This document shows, piece after piece, positions 1 through 15,137 of a stretch of DNA of 46,716 bases. The first letter of the stretch is position 1. Every line of letters starts with the position of its first letter. This stretch comes from Macrostomum lignano (lineage: Eukaryota), in NCBI GenBank assembly GCA_002269645.1, contig NIVC01001337.1, positions 1 to 46,716 of the forward strand, in the 5' to 3' direction. The notes beneath the pieces are model-generated. The model made no database searches, was not told the DNA's origin, and saw nothing but the letters and a program-made list of their open reading frames with translations. Both the position numbers and the translations under genes were made by a program.

Positions 1-5772
<5,772 letters not shown>

Positions 5773-5801
5773 GCTGCTGGGGTGGCTTGAGACTGACTGA
5801 T

Positions 5802-6057
5802 GGGTGAGATTTTGTGCCAGCTGGGGTGAGATTTTGTGCCAGCTGGGGTGAGATTTTGTGTCACCTGGGGTGAGATTTTGTGCCAGCTGGGGTGAGATTT
5901 TGTGTCACCTGGGGTGAGATTTTGTGCCAGCTGGGGTGAGATTTTGTGTCACCTGGGATGGGATTTTGTGTCAGCTGGGGTGAGATTTTGTGCCAGCTGG
6001 GTAAGATTTTTTTCCAGCTGGGGTAAGATTTTTTGCCAGCTGGGGTGAGATTTTGTA
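5802..6057 (+). repeat. 22-bp minisatellite (CTGGGGTGAGATTTTGTGCCAG) just 3' of the RUVBL1 stop
   Basis: About 11 tandem copies beginning ~30 nt after the TGA at 5770-5772. Confidence 0.92.
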
Positions 6058-6682
6058 ACCAAATTTGAGCTTGATATATTCGTGTCGGTCCAACCAACCA
6101 AGTGTTGACTTTAATGTTAATTATAAATTTTGCGCAAAAATCGTGTCTGCATTATGCTACTCATTTGGCGTTCATTAAGTAGACTGTTGCGCGCGTGTTT
6201 ACTTTTCTAATGATTCTCGGCTAGCTGCCAAGCTGTGCTCGAGCGCGCTGCTGCTTTTTTATACCGACTGTAGACAGGACGAAAAACAAATGAAAAATAT
6301 AAAACCGGCCTTCTCTTTTCTATTTCGCCTCTCACGAATGTTTTGCACATTGATTGAGCAGACTGAGCTGCTTCGCTTTTCAAAAACATTTATTTATTTT
6401 TGAGGAGAATTTTACAAATAACTTTACTACATATTTTTTGGCTTGTTAGTAGCATACTTTGCTACTTATTAAAATGAAAATCTTACAAAGTCAATTGTAA
6501 ACGGTGTCATCGGGTGGGCAGGACAAAGAAAGTTCCAATACTAAATCTGTCAGCTCGTACTGTACATACTACTTATCGATACTTTACTTTTCTAAATTTT
6601 TAAGTAGCATAATCAGCGCTTTTTGCTATTTTGAAGATGATGAAAATACATTAGCGAATTTTACAAGCGGCTCGGACGCAGC

Positions 6683-9600
6683 CTACATGTCCGCAGCCGT
6701 TTCGTAGCTGGGCGGCGGCGTGCCGCTGTCCTGTCCGCGGGCGTGCGTCACCTTTGGCTCCTCCTGTTGCTGACCGCTGCCGAACTCTGAGCCGTAGTAG
6801 CTCATGTTGAGGCCCGGCTCGGGATAGGGGGGCGGCTGCGAGCTGCTGATTGGCTTGGCCGCCACTGAGCTGGAGCTGAATTGCATGGTTGGGTTCGGAG
6901 AAATGCTCCTTATTGATCCGGCCTGTCCTGTTCTGTCGAGTGACGATCCCAACTGTGACAGAGTGACGATTCCAAATGTGACAGAGTGACGATTCCAAAT
7001 GTGACAGAGTGACAATCCCGAATGTGACAGAGTGACGATCCCGAATGTGACAGAGTGACAATCCCGAATGTGACAGTGACAATCCCGAATGTGACAGAGT
7101 GACAATCCCGAATGTGACAGAGTGACAATCCCGAACGTGACCGAGTGACGATCCCAATGTGTCAGTGACAATCCCGAATGTGAAAGAGTGACAATCCTAA
7201 ATGTGACAGAGTGACAATCCCGAACGTGACCGAGTGACAATCCCGAATGTGACAGAGTGACAAATTCCGAATGTGACAGAGTGACAATCCCGAACGTGAC
7301 CGAGTGACAATCCCGAATGTGACAGAGTGACAATCCCGAATGTGAAAGAGTGACAATCCTGATGTGTCGCGGTGAAAATATCCGGATGTGACAGTGACAA
7401 TTCCGATGTGCCAGATGACACTGTCAGAGTGCAATCTGTCAGAGTGAAAATTCCAATGTCGCAGAGTGAACAATCCTTATATTAAGTAAGGGGTGTGACA
7501 ATCCTTATGTGAGGAGTGACAATCGTTATTGAGGGAGTGACAATCCTCTTATTGTGAGGGAGTGACAATCCTTATTGTGAGGGAGTGACAATCCTTATTG
7601 TGAGGGAGTGACAATCCTTATTGTGAGGGAGTGACAATCCTTTTTGTGAGGGAGTGACAATCCTTTTTGTGAGGGAGTGACAATCCTTATTGTGAGGGAG
7701 TGACAATTTTTATTGAGGGAGTGACAATCCTTATTGTGAGGGATTGACAATCCTTATTGTGATGGGAGTGACAATCCTTATCGTGAGGGAGTGACAATCC
7801 TTAAGTGAGGGAGTGACAGTCCCAGTGTGACTATCCATCTAGACGTATGGATCAGGGCATCAGAAATTGTCACTGCAGCAGGTCTCACCCGGCGGAGGCC
7901 CCCTTGGCGCAGTTGTAGCAGATGTAGACGATCAGCACCAGGCCGGCGGCGAGGAAGGCGATGCCCACCGCCACGCCAGCGGCACGGCTGCTGCTGCAAG
8001 GTGAATCGAGGGCGCAATTATTTGAGTCAATTTCAGCAGGTAACCATCTTTTTGCCTAGACCATAAAGTTCATCAATACGTACGAATGAACTACATGCAT
8101 TCGAATAGCTGTATATGAAAAAGCTCATATCCTTAAAGGTATAAGGGAACTCATGGGAAAGTTCATCTTAAAGTACAGGCGCACTCGTGGCAAAGCTTAT
8201 ACATTTATCTTAAAGTACAGCCGCACTCATGACAAAGCTCATCCTAAAGTACAGGCGCACTCATAGCAAAGTTCATCCTTACAGGCACTTACAGGCACAC
8301 TCATGGAAAAGTTCATCTTAAAGTAGAGGCGCACTCATGGCAAAGTTTATCCTAAAGTACAGGCGCACTCATGGTAAGGTTAATCTTAAAGTACATACGC
8401 ACTCATGGGAAATACTCGCATTTTTTCTGCGCAAACAAATCTACTCACTCGTCCCAGAATCCGCAGCAGTACTCAGCTTCATCATCGCCGCAGCAGTAGG
8501 TCTTGTCCTCGCTGCCGTCAATCGGGCAGATGAACACTCCGTATGTAGTTTTATTCTTGTAGATCCAGGGCACCTGCACGGAGCTGTTGTACTCGACGGG
8601 CACCGCGTCCTCGATATTGAAGCACAATGGCGTGTCGCTCTCCAGGTCGGAGTGTGACCTGCGCCAGCGCAGCGAGCTGAAGTAGTAGCCCGACCGGAAC
8701 GCGCGGTACTTCACCGACCAGCTGCAGTTCGAGTTGGGGCTTTGACCAGCGTCTGAACTTTACGGCCTTGAGGGGGAGCTTAACCATGGCCTGGGGGTGG
8801 GAGAAGACTAACCTTCATGGCCTGAAGGTGAGAGCTGACTAACCTTCATGGCCTGAAGGTGGGAGATGACTAGCCTTCATGGCCTGAAGGTGGGAGATGA
8901 CTAGGCTTCATGGCCTGGAGGAAAATACATGCAGCAGGAGGACTAACGCAAACAGCGTGAAATATACGCATTTGCGAGCTAGAATTTGTGTTGGATGATT
9001 TATTGTACAAAACTTTGGCATTTTTAAACTCTCTCATATCCTGAAGTGTCAGCGAATGAAACTGCACTCCCTCAGTGCCAAACAGTTCAGTCACACTGCA
9101 CTCCCTCAGTGCCAAACAGTTCAGTCACACTGCACTCCCTCAGTGCCAAACAGTTCAGTCACACTGCACTCCTCAGTGCCAAACAGTTCAGTCACACTGC
9201 ACGCCCCCAGTGCCAAACATACACGAAGGACGCGGCCACAAAGGTGGACATTCGAGAGTAGCTTGTTCCCCCACTCGATCTTGAGTAGGACCTGCTCCGG
9301 CTGCTCCGGCTGCTCCGGCTGCCGCTGCTCCGGCTTCCGCTGTTGCCGCGGCTGCCGCTGGAGCCTCTGGCAGCAAAGGCTGCAATCAGTGAGACATGAG
9401 AGGGCTGTCTGTTTCGAACCCGTGGCTTGCGTATGCATGTCACGTACAATTGTTTATACATGTACATTGAGTAGAATCCCACTAAGAACGTAAGTAACAC
9501 TGCGGTTACTCACTCAGCTAGCATTAAACACTGCGGTTACTCACTCAGCTGGCATTAAACACTGTGGTTACTCACTCAGCTAGCATTAAACACTGCGGTT

Positions 9601-9977
9601 ACTCACTCAGCTAGCATTAAACACTGTGGTTACTCACTCAGCTAGCATTAAACACTGCGGTTACTCACTCAGCTAGCATTAAACACTGCGGTTACTCACT
9701 CAGCTAGCATTAAACACTGCGGTTACTCACTCAGCTAGCATTAAACACTGCGGTTACTCACTCAGCTAGCATTAAACACTGCGGTTACTCACTCAGCTAG
9801 CATTAAACACTGCGGTTACTCACTCAGCTAGCATTAAACACTGCGGTTACTCACTCAGCTAGCATTAAACACTGCGGTTACTCACTCAGCTAGCATTAAA
9901 CACTGCGGTTACTCACTCAGCTCGATGAGCAGCAAAGCGCAGAAGACGGATAGCAATAATAGAATTGAAGGCTTCAT
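6683..9977 (-). CDS. Shisa-like single-pass membrane protein; coding exons 9977-9917, 9379-9223, 8721-8449, 7993-7889, 6932-6683
   Basis: All four junctions are GT-AG and phase-consistent (1,2,2,2). Product: signal peptide MKPSILLLLSVFCALLLIEL, Arg/Ser/Gly-rich segment, Cys module ICPIDG..TYCCG..EYCC, TM AAGVAVGIAFLAAGLVLIVYICYNC, and a tail with PPPY and PPPSY motifs. The exon 3 acceptor and the NAGNAG choice at 7988-7996 are uncertain. Confidence 0.8.
6939..7835. repeat. 23-bp minisatellite with two sub-arrays (AGTGACAATCCCGAATGTGACAG then AGTGACAATCCTTATTGTGAGGG)
   Basis: Fills intron 7888-6933 of the Shisa-like gene and ends ~5 nt from the acceptor. Confidence 0.93.
8150..8410. repeat. 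Degenerate ~34-bp tandem repeat (TCATGGCAAAGTTCATCTTAAAGTACAGGCGCAC-like)
   Basis: About 7 diverged copies inside intron 8448-7994. Confidence 0.85.
8785..8917. repeat. ~31-bp tandem repeat (ATGGCCTGAAGGTGGGAGATGACTAACCTTC-like)
   Basis: About 4 copies inside intron 9222-8722. Confidence 0.8.
9062..9219. repeat. 34-bp minisatellite (CAGTGCCAAACAGTTCAGTCACACTGCACTCCCT)
   Basis: 4-5 copies; on the minus strand it starts within a few nt of the GTATGT donor at 9222. Confidence 0.9.
9499..9922. repeat. 31-bp minisatellite (TAAACACTGCGGTTACTCACTCAGCTAGCAT) containing a splice donor
   Basis: About 13-14 near-identical copies. The minus-strand unit contains AGCTGA|GTGAGTAA, and the first copy overlaps the end of the signal-peptide exon. 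Confidence 0.95.
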
Positions 9978-10008
9978 CTGAGCAGTGTGCTGAAATTCGG
10001 TTCAAGTT

Positions 10009-10238
10009 CAAAGTCTGCAGGTGCAATATGCGGGAATTGGTGTCTCAGGCTAAAAGTCTGCAGTGCAATACGCGGGCATTGGTGTGTCTCAGGCTAAAAG
10101 TCTGCAGTGCAATACGCGGGCATTGGTGTGTCTCAGGCTAAAAGTCTGCAGTGCAATACGCGGGAATTGGTGTGTCTCAGGCTAAAAGTCTGCAGTGCAA
10201 TACGCGGGCATTGGTGTGTCTCAGGCTAAAAGTCTGCA
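10009..10238. repeat. ~44-bp minisatellite in a probable 5'-UTR intron (10243-9990) of the Shisa-like gene
   Basis: About 5 copies of AAAGTCTGCAGTGCAATACGCGGGCATTGGTGTGTCTCAGGCTA, bracketed on the minus strand by TTG|GTAAAT and ATTTCAG| 12 nt before the ATG. Confidence 0.85.
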
Positions 10239-10592
10239 TTTACCAAAGCCTGAGTTTTGGTCCGAGCTTTTCTACTCAGCAAACGCTTGGATGAAGTCTA
10301 CGCGTGAGCACAGCTAGTGCAGTGTTGCCAATGCCTACCCAAGTACTCTCATTCTTCTCACCAATTGCGTTCTCTTCTCTTGCCCGACGCACTGCACAAG
10401 CTTTGAACAAGTCTGCTTTTGTATAAGCAGACAAGTAAAGATGCAAAGATGCTGCGATAGTTGGTTATTAAGTTTATTGCGTCCCCTAAAATCTTTGTTG
10501 CTTAGTTGTTCATTTTAAAAGCCTTCGCGCGCCTTCAACTTGAAGCAATCAGATTTCTTTTGGGAGGAGCAGCAAGGATTCAAAGCAGAGAA

Positions 10593-10616
10593 TGGGTGCC
10601 TTAAAAGGGCCGTTTT
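10593..10616 (-). other. Degenerate orphan histone 3' stem-loop-like motif
   Basis: Minus strand reads AAAACGGCCCTTTTAAGGCACCCA versus AAAACGGCCCTTTTCAGGGCCACCA after H1. The 3' arm lacks one G and one C. Confidence 0.5.
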
Positions 10617-11328
10617 AGTGAAAAGAACTATCTAAATTTCGCTCGCTACTGTCAAGAGCAGCTCGACCATTGTACCTGTTTTTTGCACTAAATAAATTTA
10701 ATGCAACAATGTGACTTTCAAATAAATCCGCGGTTAAATATTTATTGGATTTTCTGGTTTAAAATAAAAATTTCCTTTTTGCAGTGTACCTTGCATGAAT
10801 CTGCTAAATAACTGTCTTCTTGTCTTCTTGAAACCAGCTTAAATTAGTAGATTGTGGTCGATTCCGGTGGATAACATGACTTTCGAAGAATTCTAATTGC
10901 GAATTCGTGTATAATTAGTAATAAAAAATATCTTTAAGGTTCATGATACATTCATGCAACCATACACGATACACCTTCAGCCTGACTTTCTCTGTTAGGT
11001 CAGTAAAAAATGACAAAAAATCTATGGGATTTTGTAAAACACGACTAATAATTACTGGCTGTGTTTATAATTAATATAAAAACTTACTTTTTTTCCTTTC
11101 GCATCACTTCTTGTCTAAGATACCTTTTATTTCTACTGCCAGTAGTATATTGCATACAGAACATTCTTCATTAGGCTTGCAAATTTTGGTTCCGTAGCTT
11201 CGAAGAGGTCCAGTTTTATTTCGAATAGGTCCAGTTTTTACAATATAGGCTATACTGCATAGGCAAACTTTTTTCTTTCATATCCAAAATTCATCTGCCT
11301 CTTTCTTCATCCGTCCAACTCCGTAAAC

Positions 11329-11988
11329 ATGACTGACCCCGCGCCCGCTGCTGCCAAGGCGACGCCCAAGGCGAAAGCCAAGAGGCCGGCCAAGCCGAAG
11401 GCTCCATCTGCACACCCGCCGACTCTGCAGATGGTGAAGGCCGCGATCCGTGCCAGCAAGGACCGCAAGGGAACCTCGCTGGCCACCATCAAGAAGTACA
11501 TCGCCGCCAACTACAAGGTTGACATCAACAAGATGGCTCCGTACATCCGCAAGGCGGTGAAGAGCGCTTCCGACAAGGGTGTGCTGGTCCGAGTGGGCAA
11601 CAAGGGCCACGGCGCTTCCGGTAGCTTCAAGCTGGCCAGCATGAAAGACGACGCTGAGAAGCCCAAGCCGAAGGCCAAGGCCGCTAAGAAGCCCAAGGCT
11701 CCTAAGTCGCCTGCTGCTAAGAAGCCCAAGGCCAAGAAGCCCGCCTCTGCAAAGAAGGCCAAGTCACCCAAGAAAGCCAAGTCGCCCAAGAAGCCAAAGG
11801 CTGCCAAGGAGGCCCCGAAGCCTGTGGCGGCAGCGCCGGCGCCGGCGGCACCCAAGGCGGCAAAGCCCGCCAATCCGAAGACCCCGAAAAAGCCGAAAGC
11901 TTCCAAGCCCAAGTCGCCAAAGAAGCCGAAGGTCGCAGCCAAGAAGCCCGCCGCTAAGAAAGCCCCGGCCAAAAGGGCAGCCAAGTAA
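11329..11988 (+). CDS. H1: Linker histone H1
   Basis: ATG..TAA, 219 aa, intronless. Globular domain HPPTLQMVKAAI...KGTSLATIKKYIAANYKVD...GASGSFKL and a Lys/Ala/Pro-rich tail with SPKK motifs. Confidence 0.98.
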   Translation: MTDPAPAAAKATPKAKAKRPAKPKAPSAHPPTLQMVKAAIRASKDRKGTSLATIKKYIAANYKVDINKMAPYIRKAVKSASDKGVLVRVGNKGHGASGSFKLASMKDDAEKPKPKAKAAKKPKAPKSPAAKKPKAKKPASAKKAKSPKKAKSPKKPKAAKEAPKPVAAAPAPAAPKAAKPANPKTPKKPKASKPKSPKKPKVAAKKPAAKKAPAKRAAK

Positions 11989-12050
11989 AGGCTTAGCCCC
12001 AGCTCGACTGCGCGATAGCCACCTAAGCAGATCATTTTGAACGCTAAAAC

Positions 12051-12066
12051 GGCCCTTTTCAGGGCC
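12051..12066 (+). terminator. Replication-dependent histone mRNA 3' stem-loop
   Basis: GGCCCTTTTCAGGGCC, flanked by AAAAC and ACCA, 62 nt after the H1 stop; matches the SLBP-binding consensus. Confidence 0.95.
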
Positions 12067-12499
12067 ACCAAATCCAAATGATCTTGGTCGCCTTTAATTA
12101 GGCTACTATCACTATCTCACTATCCTACCAGAAATCTAATTAGTTATATGGTACCAGTACCAGCTAGTTTTGCTGTAGTTGTAGAAATTGTTTTGTTAAA
12201 GCAATGCAAGTAGAGAGTAGCAATGGTAGCATACATTCTGCACGCATTTAATAATTATACCTTATTGGCTTATTTTGCCTCAACTAAATTTCAATTCGAA
12301 TCAGAGCATTTAACGTTTTGTATTGTGTATATATCGCCTCGGACTCTATATTCAGTTAATTCAATTTCTAAAATAGTTGACTGGTGACAGCCAGTACTTT
12401 ATTTCATCTCAAACTAAACTGAAAGTGATAATAAATAATCCAGGGCCACCCTCAACCCATTGCAAGTGGATTCCAGATGGATGGTCGCTGGCCCGGTAC

Positions 12500-12850
12500 G
12501 GTAGTAGCCCTTAGGTTATAGGTAGCGGACGAGTCGGCAGAGATTCTCGGGCCTGAAAACGTCGGTTCGGAGAGATCCGAGTTTGGGCCGAGGTGGAGCC
12601 TGTCCTGAATAAAGACTGGGCATTCACAGATGAAGTGCTCCGCATTCTCAACACCGGACCGGAGAGGCAATTGGGCATTCCTCACTGCGGATTTTTCCCT
12701 GGAGGTGGCGATGCCTGGCAAAACAGCCATGACACAAGAGGGCCATGGTCACCGCCATAGTTGAGTCCAAGCAGGGCCCTGCATCTGACGGAAAAGTACT
12801 TCGAAAACTTTCTGTACTTGGGAGGAGGGTTGGTAAGGGCTCGCAATGCT
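12500..12850 (-). mobile_element. Decayed non-LTR retrotransposon ORF2 3' end (CCHC zinc knuckle)
   Basis: Across a frameshift it reads LLCHGCFARHRHLQGKIRSEECP..VENAEHFICECPVFIQDRLHLG, the C-x2-C...H-x4-C knuckle typical of I/R1/LOA-type LINE C-termini. Confidence 0.7.
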
Positions 12851-12974
12851 TATTGCCTTCTAGCTGTCTTGAATGTATTTAAAAGATTGACGTTGACACT
12901 ATTTAAAGAAATACGATGAAATTTTGCATGCGAGACTGCAGGGAGCTGCATGTATATGTACATGCAGATGTATG

Positions 12975-13100
12975 AGAGGCTGTTGGAGCTGTGTGAGAGG
13001 CTGGGAGCTGTGTGAGAGCCTGCTGGCAGCTGTGTGAGAGCCTGCTGGCAGCTGTGTGAGAGGCTGTTGGAGCTGTGTGAGAGGCTGCTGGCAGCTGTGT
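12975..13100. repeat. Short degenerate GCTGTGTGAGAG-core tandem repeat
   Basis: 5-6 copies of a ~22-25 bp unit. Confidence 0.75.
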
Positions 13101-13383
13101 GACGGACTGACAGGTATTTACATGTACATGTACACGGAATGTAAGTTGTAGTGAAAACTTTTGTGCTAAAAGCTAGCATCTTGTAAGGATGTGAATTCGA
13201 GCTGTAAGGTCATTGGCAAATAGTTTAATTATTCTGATTAAGCAAAAAAATTAATAGTTTAGCCAAGCAGGCACAATTAAGATTCGCACAATGTGTTCCA
13301 ACGTGTACCCTTGCAGCTGCCTCACCTGACTCAGTTGCTGCTCCAAATTAAGGATTGCAACGTGGCTTCTCTCGTCGCGTGGC

Positions 13384-15137
13384 TTGTCAATGGGCCCTGA
13401 TCCGACAGGTAGCGCACCAACCGGAGGCACCGATTCTGCAACCGATGGCTTGGAGTCTTCAACCGCAGGCCCTGATCCGACAGGTAGCGCACCAACCGGA
13501 GGCACCGATTCTGCAACCGATGGCTTGGAGTCTTCAACCGCAGACCCTGATCCGACAGGTACCGCACCAACCGAAAGTCCTGATCCGACAGATACTGCAC
13601 CAACAGGAGGCCCTGATTCGACAATAGCAGAAACCGCACCTACCGGGGGACCCACTGATTCGATACCAGACGGCGCCACCACTGAATCACCACCAAGCAC
13701 AGCTGATTCGACGGAAAGCCGAGCTACGGCGGGACCAACGGGAGAGACGTCTGGTGCACCAACCTCCACCCTGCCAACTGATTCTTCCAGTGCATCATCC
13801 ACCCCACTGACAACTGGATCAGATGTCTCAACTCCCGAGCAGACCTCAGCATCGCCTGCGCCTCCAGAAACAACCCAGAGCTCGTCCAGTTCGAGCCCGA
13901 CGCCGCAGCCAACGCTTCAGCCGGACGTGAGCTACTCGGTACCGACACCGTACGGTCAGATTAACGGCATGACGTACAGCGTTAGAGTATCCACCTTTTC
14001 TGACAAAGCTTTCAACACAAAAAGAGTGAGCCGATTTCTTGGAATTCCGTACGCTCTGCCGCCAACTCAGACCAGAAGGTTCAAGTCTCCGGTGAAGTAC
14101 CCAGCTAGCAGCTCAAACGTGGTCAACGCCACTGAGCACAAGCCGAGCTGTCCGCAGCAGGGACAGACCTACGACGAGGACTGCTTGTACTACAACGTCT
14201 GGACGGTTCAGACCGCGGAGAACGCCAACTCGTCACAGAGGTATCCCGTCCTCGTTTACATCCACGAAGGTCGCTTTGAAACCGGTTACAGCAGCAACCC
14301 GCTGAGGCAAGGCGAAGAGCTCGTCACCCACAACAACGTTGTTGTCGTCACTTTTAACTACCGCCTCGGAGCTCTGGGATTTCTCACTCTCAACAGGACC
14401 AGTTATACTGGGAACTATGGAATCCAGGACCAGAAAGTGGCTATCCAAGTTATCTATGAAACGATCTCTGCGTTCGGTGGAAATCAAAGCCAAATTACTT
14501 TGATGGGCCTGGACGCGGGGTCTGCCAGCATCGGCTTCCACATGATGAGCTCGAACACCAGCGCCTACTTCAGCCGCGCCATCATGATGGGCGGATCTCC
14601 CATGATGCCTTGGTCCTTGACAAATGATCTTGAATATGTGCAGCTGCTGAGCCTGCTGTTCATCTCTGGGAGCCTGAACTGCACCTCAGTGACCGAGCCG
14701 CTGAAGGCAGGCCGACTGGCGCAGACCTGTGGAAGCCGCTGAACTACACGAGCGGCAACGAGATGAACTACATCAACTACAATGCGGACGCCAGGATACT
14801 CGGCAACTATCAGCACGGCTACCGGATGTCCGAGTGCCACTTCTGGAACAAAACGCTAGCCTACGTCAACGGCCTAGAGCAGCCACCACCACCACCCACC
14901 GCCACCACCACCACTGCAACCACCGCCACCACCGCCACCACCACCAGCGCCGCAACAGAACCGCCCATCGGGCCAATTCCGTCCAACGCGACCAGCTGCG
15001 GGGAGTGGGACTTCAACAGCGCCACCGCGACAACGATGGGCGTCCTGCTCGGCACCCAGGCGGTCACGGCCGGCGCCTTGGGCTTCGTGCTGTACAAGTG
15101 GAAGTCTCTGGCCAGGGTTAGCAGCCAGCCAATCTAG
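13384..15137 (+). CDS. Non-catalytic type-B carboxylesterase/cholinesterase-like membrane protein with a Thr/Ser/Pro-rich N-terminus; internally truncated and frameshifted near 14640-14740
   Basis: Esterase motifs FLGIPYALPP..RF, EDCLYYNVW, NYRLGALGFL, GNYGIQDQ, FGGN..ITLMG. Nucleophile elbow is GLDAG, not GxSxG. A second frame gives WKPLNY..CHFWN, a Pro/Thr stalk and a TM (TMGVLLGTQAVTAGALGFVLY). True 5' end not found. Confidence 0.8.
13395..13580 (+). repeat. 75-bp coding tandem repeat (PDPTGSAPTGGTDSATDGLESSTAG)
   Basis: About 2.5 copies at the start of the mucin-like region. Confidence 0.85.

Noticed and set aside
8551-9385. CUB-like reading (LECPPLWPRPSY..NSNCSWSV) of the Shisa-like exons
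   Set aside because: The phase-1 junction from the signal-peptide exon fixes the Arg/Ser-rich frame instead.
11278-12077. Minus-strand ORFs over H1 (and similar over RUVBL1, MICU, DEG/ENaC, secreted genes)
   Set aside because: Antisense or off-frame shadows expected from high GC3.
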